From Candidatus Bipolaricaulota bacterium (GTDB lineage Bacteria > Bipolaricaulota > Bipolaricaulia > UBA7950 > UBA9294), in assembly GCA_030606565.1 (NCBI GenBank), contig JAUWGE010000002.1:36107-100106 (forward strand): a stretch of DNA of 64,000 nucleotides, written 5' to 3'. Positions 1 to 8,482 of the stretch are shown here, in pieces; within the stretch, counting starts at the first letter, position 1, and each line of letters starts with the position of its first letter. A program made the translations under genes and the position numbers. The notes beneath the pieces are model-generated. The model was not told the DNA's origin. It ran no database searches and saw only the letters and a list, made by a program, of their open reading frames with translations.

Positions 1-618
1 AAATATACCGGTGATATTCTGCCGACAATCCTCTCGCGCAGCCGCGTCGTGCGGCTTAAGCCTCCCTCACAGGAGATCCTTCTCGCTAAGCTCACAGCGG
101 TCGGCTATAGCGAGGAGGAGGGGCGTTACCTGATCGCTGTAACCCACAACGAAGAGGAGCTCGATCGTTTCATCGCAACACGCGAGGATATAGCAACACT
201 GCGCACACAGGCGAAAACGAGCACCCGTACGGCAATTGCCGAGGTTCTGGCCACTGCCGTGATCAGCCGCGATCCGATTCTCCGCCACGAAGGGATCCTC
301 TCTCTACTCGACCGTTTGATGAGCCGAGAGATGGAACTTGCCGTGGTAGGAGCACGGATCCTCGCGAAGGTGGAGAGCAAGGCAATAACTACCTTGCTGG
401 AGGACCTCATGCATGTTTCCTTCGACCTGGTTCACACAAACCTCTCCGTTCCTGTTTCATATCAGGATGAGGCTCTCATTTCGTTGAGTGCGCGGGTGGA
501 GATAAAGGAGATACTGCGGTTCTCCGAGTACATTGAGCGGGCGCGACAGGCGGTGGAGGGGCACTCCCCACTGGAGGCGGTTCTCCTCTGGCTACTTCTT
601 GCTGCGGGGAGGTTGTAA
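1..618 (+). CDS. holB: DNA polymerase III delta-prime subunit (HolB), C-terminal part; the gene starts upstream of the window
   Basis: The frame is open from position 1 and reads ...ILPTILSRSRVV, the clamp-loader sensor-2 SRC-like motif. A PSP1/RicT gene follows, which is the holB-yaaT synteny seen in Firmicutes-like gene order. The stop is at 616-618. Confidence 0.5.
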   Translation, partial: KYTGDILPTILSRSRVVRLKPPSQEILLAKLTAVGYSEEEGRYLIAVTHNEEELDRFIATREDIATLRTQAKTSTRTAIAEVLATAVISRDPILRHEGILSLLDRLMSREMELAVVGARILAKVESKAITTLLEDLMHVSFDLVHTNLSVPVSYQDEALISLSARVEIKEILRFSEYIERARQAVEGHSPLEAVLLWLLLAAGRL

Positions 619-619
619 G

Positions 620-1441
620 ATGGCTGACGGACAGATTGCCCTGGTACGAGTCCTCAATTTGGAGCGCGATACGGAGTACTTCCACGCTTCCTCTCTCTCC
701 CTCACCCCGGGGATGCACTGTATAGTTGACCACGGCGGACTGAGGCTGGGGGTAGTGAAGAGCCTCCTGGCCGCCGGTGAGGGGATCGGCGAGCAGCTCG
801 AGCGAATCGTGCGGCCGGCTACAGCTGCCGACCTCGACGCCTACGAGCGCAATCGGACTGGCGCCGAGCGTGTTCTTTTCTCCACCCGGGAGGCGATCGC
901 CCGCCACGAGCTTCCGATGCACCTTGTCGCCGCCGAGTACACGCTCGACCGCTCGCATTTGCGTATTTACTTCACCGCCCCGCATCGAGTCGACTTTCGT
1001 GTCCTGTTGCGGGAGTTAACTACTCTCTTCGGAGTGCGGATTGAACTGCGGCAGATAGGGGTGCGCGACGAGGCGCGGATCAAGGGTGGGGTCGGGCGCT
1101 GTGGGAGGACCATCTGTTGCTACGCGTTCCTACGCGAGCCGAAACCGGTCCCCATGGAGTTGGCGTACGACCAAGAGCTGTTCGTCTCACCGGAGCGGAT
1201 CACCGGAATCTGCGGCCGGCTGATGTGCTGTCTTTCCTATGAACACGAAGCCTACAAGCGTGAACTCAAAGGGATGCCGAAGCTGGGAACGTCGGTCTCC
1301 TGCAACGACAAATGTGGAAAGGTCATCGCGCACAACATCTTCCGCCACACCGTAACCATCCTCACTAATGCCCAGGAGCGTATCGAGGCGAATGTCGCCT
1401 CGGTGAAGATCATTCCCTCTGGAAAGAAGAGCAAGCGATAA
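620..1441 (+). CDS. PSP1 C-terminal domain protein (RicT/YaaT family)
   Basis: The ATG at 620 is one nt after the holB stop. The protein starts MADGQIALVRVLNLERD and has Cys-rich motifs GRCGRTICCYAF and ICGRLMCCLSYEHE typical of YaaT/PSP1. Confidence 0.75.
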   Translation: MADGQIALVRVLNLERDTEYFHASSLSLTPGMHCIVDHGGLRLGVVKSLLAAGEGIGEQLERIVRPATAADLDAYERNRTGAERVLFSTREAIARHELPMHLVAAEYTLDRSHLRIYFTAPHRVDFRVLLRELTTLFGVRIELRQIGVRDEARIKGGVGRCGRTICCYAFLREPKPVPMELAYDQELFVSPERITGICGRLMCCLSYEHEAYKRELKGMPKLGTSVSCNDKCGKVIAHNIFRHTVTILTNAQERIEANVASVKIIPSGKKSKR

Positions 1442-2753
1442 TTCGTGCCCCTGCCTTCCTCAACCGACCAAGCTCGTGGGTAGAGAGCAAGGCCTCAATC
1501 TCGATTCCTTCCTCAGTGTATTCCTTGATGGTCCCCCTTCCTTGCTGGGTGAAGCGGTGCACAAGGTCGCTCGCCGCGTAGGGGACCAACAAGGACGCTT
1601 CGACCTCATCTTGGTTCAACACGGTGCGGATGCGGTGAAGCAGACCGTCGATGTGAGTGCCTTCTTTCGCCGAGATCCGAACCCCCGCAGACGAGAACTC
1701 CGCCCTTTCTCCATCATGATCGATCAGGTCAAACTTGTTCAGAACGTTGAGGATCGGTGGGCGAAAGGCATCGGTGGTGAAAACCTCCTGATTGAGGGTC
1801 TCAAGAACAGCTTCATAGTCCTCCTCGAGTGAGGAGCTATCAAGGTCGACGATGTGGAGGATCAGGTCAGCGTCGCGTACTACCTCCAGCGTAGCGGCGA
1901 AAGCGGGGATCAAATCATGCGGGAGGGCGCGAATGAACCCAACCGTATCGATGAACAGTGCCCATCTCCCTGAGCCGAGTTCTCCTCGGCGGACCGTGGT
2001 AGAAAGGGTAGCGAACAGCTTGTCCTCGACAAGGGCATTTGACCCACACAGGCGGTTCAACAGCGTCGACTTGCCGCTGTTGGTGTAACCGACGAGGACA
2101 ACCTGCGGAAGAGAGCTCATCTTCCGCCTCTTCCGCCGCAGTGCGCGCTCGGCCTTCGCCTTCACGAGGCGGCGCTCGATAGTGTGAATCCGCCGATTGA
2201 TCTTCTTACGGTCGAGTTCGAGCTGCGTCTCCCCAGGGCCACGCGTCCCGATCCCTCCGCCGAGTCGGGTAAGGGCGCTCCCCCAGCCGCGTAAACGCGG
2301 GAGGAGGTAGCGAAGCTGGGCAAGTTCCACCTGCAGTTTTGCTTCTTTCGTTGCCGCCCGCTGAGCGAAGATGTCCATGATCAGCTGTGTGCGGTCGATC
2401 ACCTTTCTACCAATCGCCTCCTCCAGGTTGCGCGCCTGTGCTGGCGAGAGCTCGCCATCGAAGATGATTACCTCAGCATCAAGCTCGCTCGCTACCGCCT
2501 TCACTTCTGTAGCCTTCCCCTTCCCAATAAAGGTGGACGAGTCAGGACGCGGTCGCTTCTGGATTACATGCGCTAGGACCGGGACCCCTGCTGTATCAGC
2601 GAGTAACTCCACCTCGCGCAGGGAATCCATCGCTCCCTCACCGGGAGGTTGTAGGCCGACAAGTAAAGCTCGCTCGGAGCCATAGATGCGCGCCCGCTCA
2701 CCGAGACGGTCCTCGATCAATGGCCGGCCTTTTCGATCACCGCTCTCGTTCAA
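1410..2753 (-). CDS. hflX: GTPase HflX
   Basis: 447 aa. N-terminal HflX domain followed by the G domain with P-loop GYTNSGKSTLLNRL. Overlaps murA by 17 nt. Confidence 0.9.
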   Translation of the reverse strand: MNESGDRKGRPLIEDRLGERARIYGSERALLVGLQPPGEGAMDSLREVELLADTAGVPVLAHVIQKRPRPDSSTFIGKGKATEVKAVASELDAEVIIFDGELSPAQARNLEEAIGRKVIDRTQLIMDIFAQRAATKEAKLQVELAQLRYLLPRLRGWGSALTRLGGGIGTRGPGETQLELDRKKINRRIHTIERRLVKAKAERALRRKRRKMSSLPQVVLVGYTNSGKSTLLNRLCGSNALVEDKLFATLSTTVRRGELGSGRWALFIDTVGFIRALPHDLIPAFAATLEVVRDADLILHIVDLDSSSLEEDYEAVLETLNQEVFTTDAFRPPILNVLNKFDLIDHDGERAEFSSAGVRISAKEGTHIDGLLHRIRTVLNQDEVEASLLVPYAASDLVHRFTQQGRGTIKEYTEEGIEIEALLSTHELGRLRKAGARIIACSSFQRE

Positions 2754-3984
2754 TCTGTGCCCCCAAGAGGCTTAGTTTTACCTCGATCTTTGCATAGCCA
2801 CGGTCAATCTGCTCAAGCTGAGAAATCGTGGTGCAACCCTGGGCAGCGAGCCCGGCGAGGACGAGGGCGGCTCCAGCGCGAATGTCTGGCGCGTCCACTT
2901 CCGCTCCCCACAGGGTGCTCACACCGGTGATGGTGGCCGTCCGATCTGTGAGTACAATGTGAGCTCCCATACGCTTGAGTGACGGGATATATCCAAAGCG
3001 GCGCTCAAAGACCGTTTCCTTAATCACACTTTTTCCCCTCGCCAAACTGAGCATGGCGACAAGCGGAGGCTGGAGGTCAGTTGGAAATCCCGGGTGGGGC
3101 GCGGTACTCACTCGCACTGGGTGCGGACGCTCGGTATTGGCAAGCACGATTGTATCGTTCCCCTCGACACACATCATCCCGGCCTCCTTAAGGACGGCGA
3201 GCAACGGGCGCAGGTGCTTCGGGACCACACCTCTCACTTCCACTTCGCCGCCTGTGATTGCCGCCGCAAGGAGATAGGTTCCCGCCTCCAACCGATCAGG
3301 GATAACCGTATGCTCGGCCCCGTGAATACTCTCTGTCCCTACGACTCTGATCGCAGTTGGCGTGACCTCGATTTGGGCGCCCATTTTACGTAGAAGGTCG
3401 ATCAGATCAGCGACTTCAGGTTCCTTAGCCGGGTTCTCAATCCACGTCTCTCCCTTGGCCAGCGTGGCAGCCATGACCAGCTGTTCGGTTGCTCCCACTG
3501 ACGGGTACGGAAGGTCGATCCGAGCACCACGGAGTTGCTCCGCACTGACGGCGATATAGTCAACACGCTCCTCGATTATTGCCCCAAGTCGTTTAAGCCC
3601 CTGTAGGTGAAGATCGATCGGGCGGGGTCCGATCGTGCATCCACCGGGAAGCGGAACCACAGCGTGCCCGAGGCGGGCAAGAAGCGGACCGAGGATGAGA
3701 AACGAAGCACGCATCTGTTTAACATAACACGCCTCCGCCTCCGCTTTCAACGCGCCCCCGTGGGTAATCTCCACCCGGTCCCCTTCACGTGTTACCCTCT
3801 TCCCCAACGAGGTGATGGTGGCGAGAATCGTGCTCACATCGCGTAACTGCGGTATGCGATAAAGGGTGACTGGCTCGTCGGTCAGGAGAGTAGCGACGCA
3901 AGCAGGCAGAGTAGCGTTCTTTGCCCCCTCTACGTTGATCGATCCGGTAAGCCGCCTTCCTCCCTTAATTGACAGGTACTCCAT
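2737..3984 (-). CDS. murA: UDP-N-acetylglucosamine 1-carboxyvinyltransferase
   Basis: 415 aa starting MEYLSIKGGRRLTGSINVEGAKNATLP, collinear with MurA over its full length. Confidence 0.9.
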   Translation of the reverse strand: MEYLSIKGGRRLTGSINVEGAKNATLPACVATLLTDEPVTLYRIPQLRDVSTILATITSLGKRVTREGDRVEITHGGALKAEAEACYVKQMRASFLILGPLLARLGHAVVPLPGGCTIGPRPIDLHLQGLKRLGAIIEERVDYIAVSAEQLRGARIDLPYPSVGATEQLVMAATLAKGETWIENPAKEPEVADLIDLLRKMGAQIEVTPTAIRVVGTESIHGAEHTVIPDRLEAGTYLLAAAITGGEVEVRGVVPKHLRPLLAVLKEAGMMCVEGNDTIVLANTERPHPVRVSTAPHPGFPTDLQPPLVAMLSLARGKSVIKETVFERRFGYIPSLKRMGAHIVLTDRTATITGVSTLWGAEVDAPDIRAGAALVLAGLAAQGCTTISQLEQIDRGYAKIEVKLSLLGAQIERER

Positions 3985-3992
3985 CGGCTAGG

Positions 3993-4958
3993 TTAAGGAA
4001 GATAACGGAGCGGATCAACCGGAAACTCGCGATTGCACACCTCAAAGTGCAGGTGGGGACCACTGGAGATTCCACTGTTCCCTGATTCGGCGATCGGTTG
4101 TCCCGCCTCCACAAACTGCCTCGCGTACACGAGAATGCTCGAAAGGTGTCCATAGGCGGTATAGTAGCCCTCCGCGTGCTCGAGGATGACCAGGGTCCCG
4201 TACCCTTCCTCCTCCCCAACATAGGTCACCTTTCCCATCGCGGCGGCATAGACGGTCGTCCCAACCGGCACGTCTATGTCGATCCCATTGTGATGATGAT
4301 GGTACCCGAGAACAGGGTGAACCCGCCAGCCAAATTTTGAGACAACCTCGCCCGTAAGCGGCCAGATGAAGCGCATTTCCTCCCCTTTGGAGAGGTAGAT
4401 GACGTTCTCCCATGGGGAGGCAACCACCTGGGGAATCAAGATCTCCTCCCCCGCGTAGATCATCCCCGGATCGCTGATTCCATTGGCAGCTGTAATCTCC
4501 TCGATCGGGACAGCATAGGTGAGAGATATATCGGTCAAGGTCTGTCCCTCCTTGATGAGGTGGAGGATCCCTTCTTTAGGGACACGCAGGGTCTCACCTG
4601 GTCTGATCGCCTCCGGGGAGCGAATACGGTTGCTCGCCATGATCCGCTTGACGCTGACCCCCAGGAGGGAAGCGATCGAACTCAGTGTTTCCCCTTCTTC
4701 TACGGCGTGCTCAAGGAGGACGAACTCTTCCTCCTGCCGGAGTTCTACAAAGAGGGGCTCCTCTACAAAAGAAGGCTCTTCCATCGGCGGTTCTTCTAAC
4801 GATGGTGCTTCCTGCGGCGGTGCTTCTACTATCGAAAGTGGGGATTCTGGAGGCTCTGGGCCTCCCGAACGCAGCAAGATCGGTATAAGGATCACTCCCA
4901 GCAGGATGACAATCACCAGAAGGACGCGGTCTTTACGTATCGGTTTCTTATCAATCAC
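3993..4958 (-). CDS. LysM-domain peptidase M23 family protein
   Basis: N-terminal TM anchor, a Pro/Glu-rich linker, two LysM-like segments (GETLSSIASLLGVSVKRI; GQTLTDISLTYAVPIEEI), and an M23 catalytic region (HNGIDIDVPVGTTVYAAAMGKV, HLHFEV). Confidence 0.8.
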   Translation of the reverse strand: MIDKKPIRKDRVLLVIVILLGVILIPILLRSGGPEPPESPLSIVEAPPQEAPSLEEPPMEEPSFVEEPLFVELRQEEEFVLLEHAVEEGETLSSIASLLGVSVKRIMASNRIRSPEAIRPGETLRVPKEGILHLIKEGQTLTDISLTYAVPIEEITAANGISDPGMIYAGEEILIPQVVASPWENVIYLSKGEEMRFIWPLTGEVVSKFGWRVHPVLGYHHHHNGIDIDVPVGTTVYAAAMGKVTYVGEEEGYGTLVILEHAEGYYTAYGHLSSILVYARQFVEAGQPIAESGNSGISSGPHLHFEVCNREFPVDPLRYLP

Positions 4959-6201
4959 TGCTCATCAACTCGAGGAACTGCTCGTTGTCCTTAGTCGCCT
5001 CCATCTTGCTCTTGATCAACTCGAGAGCGGCCTGTGGATCGTTTCGTTCGGCCAACATCTTACGCAGGATCCACATGCGGTTCAACACCTTTTCTTCTAG
5101 AAGGAGTTCCTCCTTACGAGTCCCGCTCTGTTCGATGTCGATCGCTGGAAAGATTCGCTTGTTAGAGAGGCTTCGATCAAGGATCAACTCCATATTACCA
5201 GTCCCTTTGAATTCCTCAAATACAACCTGATCGAGCTTGCTTCCGGTATCGACGAGGGCGGTAGCGATAATCGTTAGACTCCCTCCCTCCTCGATGTTGC
5301 GAGCTGCCCCGAAGAATTCCTTTGGTTTGTACAAGGCAGTTGGGTCCACCCCGCCTGAGAGAAGCTTCCCTGATGGCGCGATCGAGAGGTTGTAGGCACG
5401 CGCCAGACGGGTGACCGAATCCATGAGAATCACCACATCATGCCCGACCTCTATCAGCCTCTTTGCCCGATTGGTGACAAGCTCAGCGATCCGCGTGTGA
5501 TGCCGCGGTTCCTGATCGAAGGTTGCAGCGATTACCTCACCATTTGCGATCGACCGCCTAAAGTCGGTCACCTCCTCCGGCCGCTCGTCGACCAACAGGA
5601 CGAAGAGCTTGACGTCAGGGTAATTGAGATTGATCCCTTTGGCGATATCCTTGAGAAGCGTCGTCTTCCCTGCCTTCGGTGGAGAGACAATCAGGCCTCG
5701 CTGTCCCTTACCGATCGGGCAAAACAGGTCGATAATCCGTGTGGCGATGTCCTCCGGGGAGTGCTCCAACCTCAGGTGCTCATCCGGGTGAAGCGGGGTG
5801 AGTTCCCGGAACTCCGGGCGATGGCGCATTTCCTCAGGATCACCGTAATTGATCTGTTCTATCTTGAGGAGGGCAAAGTAACGTTCATCGTTCTTTGGGG
5901 CCCGGATCAACCCACCCACCAAATCCCCGCCTCTTAGAGCAAAGCGCTTAATCTGCGAGGGGGAGACGTAGATGTCATTTCTCCCTGGCAGACAGTTACC
6001 ATCGCGCAGGAACCCATACCCGTCGGGAAGGATCTCCAAGATTCCGTCGTTGAAACGCAGTTCGTTCGCTTTGGAGAGCTGCACCATGATCGCTCGCAGG
6101 AGCTCCTCTTTTCCAAACTGCATTCCGTTTCTTATCTTCAGTTCTTGAGCGAGTTCCCGGAGGGAGCTAATGCTTTTTCCCCTTAGTTGTGCCAGTTCCA
6201 T
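4951..6201 (-). CDS. rho: transcription termination factor Rho
   Basis: 416 aa. N-terminal RNA-binding domain, Walker [16 protein letters not shown] and the Rho C-terminal ATPase region. Confidence 0.92.
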   Translation of the reverse strand: MELAQLRGKSISSLRELAQELKIRNGMQFGKEELLRAIMVQLSKANELRFNDGILEILPDGYGFLRDGNCLPGRNDIYVSPSQIKRFALRGGDLVGGLIRAPKNDERYFALLKIEQINYGDPEEMRHRPEFRELTPLHPDEHLRLEHSPEDIATRIIDLFCPIGKGQRGLIVSPPKAGKTTLLKDIAKGINLNYPDVKLFVLLVDERPEEVTDFRRSIANGEVIAATFDQEPRHHTRIAELVTNRAKRLIEVGHDVVILMDSVTRLARAYNLSIAPSGKLLSGGVDPTALYKPKEFFGAARNIEEGGSLTIIATALVDTGSKLDQVVFEEFKGTGNMELILDRSLSNKRIFPAIDIEQSGTRKEELLLEEKVLNRMWILRKMLAERNDPQAALELIKSKMEATKDNEQFLELMSSD

Positions 6202-6213
6202 AATTGTATCACC

Positions 6214-7212
6214 TCAAATATTGATTCCACGATAGATAATCAGGTAAGTTCCGAGCAGGTACGCAGTGAGGAGTAAAGCGGCGTCGACCCCCATCCCAAG
6301 GACACGACGACGGGAACGGTAGCCGATGGCGATGATCGCGATAGCAGTGAGACCGATCCCCAAAGAGGCAACGATTAACTGGTCGTCTTTCCCTGTACCC
6401 AAACGGGCAAGGATCGCTCCACGGCGGAAGGCGATGTCGGCGACAAAGACGGTCAGGATATTAAACATGTTCGAGCCGAACAGGTTTCCCAGGATCATGT
6501 CGTACGCCCCAATTTTAAGCGCTCCGATCGAGGTAGAAAGCTCGGGAAGCGAGGTGACAACCGCCACCAGGATCGCCCCCATAAATGAAGCCGAAAGCCC
6601 GGTCTCGACCGAAATTGCCTTGCTTGCGTGAATCAGGAAGACTCCTGCGGTGATGATCACCGCAGCACAGATGAGGAACCCACCGACCGCTCGGACAAGC
6701 GACATCGTCCCCACCTCAGCCGGCTCGGTTAGCCCTTCCCTCTTCTCAACACGGTAAAGGATGAATATCCCGAAGAGGTAGGTAAGGAGGATAATCAGGC
6801 TGATCGGACTTAGTCCCAGGATCTCCACTCCGGGATCGAACGCAATTCCGAGGATGACGAGCGTGGTGAGCAAGATAGCGAACCCACCGCTTATCATGTG
6901 GTAAGAGCGTACTTTAACCAAGAACGGGCCACGCCCGAGTAAGAGAATATCCATGACAGTAACGATGGCGACGTTGAACATGTTGCTCCCCAGGGCATTG
7001 CCCACAGCGATGTTGGGAGCGTCAATCGCCGCCCCGGTGACGGTGGTGGTCAGCTCGGGGATCGAGGTGATGGTGGCAAGAAACAACAGCCCAATCCACC
7101 CCTGACCGATTCCAGTTCGCTTTCCGAGCGCCTCCCCGAAGGAGGCAAGCTTGACTCCGGCGATGATGATCGCCAAAGAAGCGAGAAGAAAGGTAATCCA
7201 ATGGATAGTCAT
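6214..7212 (-). CDS. Na+/Ca2+ exchanger (CaCA/YrbG family) membrane protein
   Basis: 332 aa polytopic protein with duplicated alpha-repeat motifs GNALGSNMFNV and GNLFGSNMFNI. Confidence 0.8.
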   Translation of the reverse strand: MTIHWITFLLASLAIIIAGVKLASFGEALGKRTGIGQGWIGLLFLATITSIPELTTTVTGAAIDAPNIAVGNALGSNMFNVAIVTVMDILLLGRGPFLVKVRSYHMISGGFAILLTTLVILGIAFDPGVEILGLSPISLIILLTYLFGIFILYRVEKREGLTEPAEVGTMSLVRAVGGFLICAAVIITAGVFLIHASKAISVETGLSASFMGAILVAVVTSLPELSTSIGALKIGAYDMILGNLFGSNMFNILTVFVADIAFRRGAILARLGTGKDDQLIVASLGIGLTAIAIIAIGYRSRRRVLGMGVDAALLLTAYLLGTYLIIYRGINI

Positions 7213-7247
7213 TCGGTAGTTAAGTCCTTGCCTCTAACGCTTAGTGC

Positions 7248-7670
7248 CTATCCGATCTTGCCAACCCGACGCGCGTGTTTTCCCCCCTCGAAGGGGGTGG
7301 TAAGCCACGTTTCTGTAATCTTTTCCGCCATCTCCACCCCGATCACCCTCGCCCCCAGGCAAAGGATGTTCGCATCGTTGTGGCGCCTACTCATCTCGGC
7401 CGAATAGGGTTCCGTGCATGTCGCCGCCCGGATCCCCGCTATCTTCCCTGCGGCCATCGCCATACCGATTCCGGTCCCACAGATAAGGATTCCTCGTTCG
7501 GCCTTCCCTGACGCGATCACACTGGAGACCCGCTTGGCAATATCCGGATAGTCGACTGGCTCCGGCAAATCGGTTCCAAGGTCGATGATCGTGTGGTCGG
7601 CAAGGACGCACTCAATGAGAGCACGCTTCAATGCCACGCCAGTGTGATCGCAGCCGATCGCGACCTTCAT
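7248..7670 (-). CDS. rpiB: ribose-5-phosphate isomerase B (RpiB/LacAB family)
   Basis: 140 aa starting MKVAIGCDHTGVALK, the conserved RpiB N-terminus. Confidence 0.85.
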   Translation of the reverse strand: MKVAIGCDHTGVALKRALIECVLADHTIIDLGTDLPEPVDYPDIAKRVSSVIASGKAERGILICGTGIGMAMAAGKIAGIRAATCTEPYSAEMSRRHNDANILCLGARVIGVEMAEKITETWLTTPFEGGKHARRVGKIG

Positions 7671-7671
7671 C

Positions 7672-8307
7672 CTACACCTTCTTCACGAGCCACCTGATCA
7701 TATCCCCGTACATCTTGAGCCGGTCACACACCCCCCTGGTGAACCCCCGCTTCTCCTCCTTCAGGATATGGGTCACTCCGTCAAGCTTCACCCTCTCCTT
7801 GCGCCACCCCTCTTTCGCCGCCAGCTTAGAGAGGGCTATCTCGATACCGTAATCCATCTCTGCTACGTTTTCCTTCGCCCGTTCCCAAAGGGTCTTAGAG
7901 AGCATGCGCTGTCCAGAGGCGAACGGATTGATCTTCTGCGCAATATCGGTATTCATACGACCGTTGGCGAAAACCCCTACCACCATATCTACTTCCCTTG
8001 GTCGGTAGGCGCTGATAAACCGCTCTATATGCTCCTCCTTAAGTCCAACCAGATCGGCATCAAGAAAGAGAAGGATGTCATTTCGTGCCTGAGCGACTCC
8101 TTCGTCGAGTGCAGCTGCCTTACCGCGGTTCTCTGGAAGGGAGATTACCTGCACCCCAAAACGACTGGCCACTTCAGCGGTGCCATCGTCGGATCCGTCG
8201 TCGACCACGATCACCTCATCTACATGAGAACAGGATACGAGGGGACGGAGAACAGCGCCAATTCGACAGGCCTCGTTGTATGCTGGCACCACCACGGAAA
8301 CATTCAT
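7672..8307 (-). CDS. family 2 glycosyltransferase (polyprenyl-phosphate sugar transferase-like)
   Basis: MNVSVVVPAYNE...VIVVDDGSDDGT...LFLDADL are GT2 signature motifs. The ORF runs to 8331, but M at 8307 gives the conserved N-terminus. Confidence 0.7.
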   Translation of the reverse strand: MNVSVVVPAYNEACRIGAVLRPLVSCSHVDEVIVVDDGSDDGTAEVASRFGVQVISLPENRGKAAALDEGVAQARNDILLFLDADLVGLKEEHIERFISAYRPREVDMVVGVFANGRMNTDIAQKINPFASGQRMLSKTLWERAKENVAEMDYGIEIALSKLAAKEGWRKERVKLDGVTHILKEEKRGFTRGVCDRLKMYGDMIRWLVKKV

Positions 8308-8482
8308 CAGACCAGAATTAGGACAGCCCAATCAGAGATATGAATCACTTTATTACCTATATTCTACCCTTTCAGCACGCGAAAGTCAATCTTTCTGTTC
8401 GAGGACGGCAATCCCGAAGGGGATGAGATGACAAGACAAGACCAGTACTTATAGTTATCTCCTATGGTAATGGTGACTGAGT

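Noticed and set aside
4042-4413. 123-aa minus-strand ORF and other ORFs overlapping the M23 peptidase gene
   Set aside because: These are alternate frames of a well-supported gene with no independent signals.
8340-8482. Possible terminator or structured element between the GT2 gene and dinG (ATCCCGAAGGGGAT hairpin)
   Set aside because: The 5-bp stem has no U-run on either strand. It is more likely incidental in an AT-richer promoter region.
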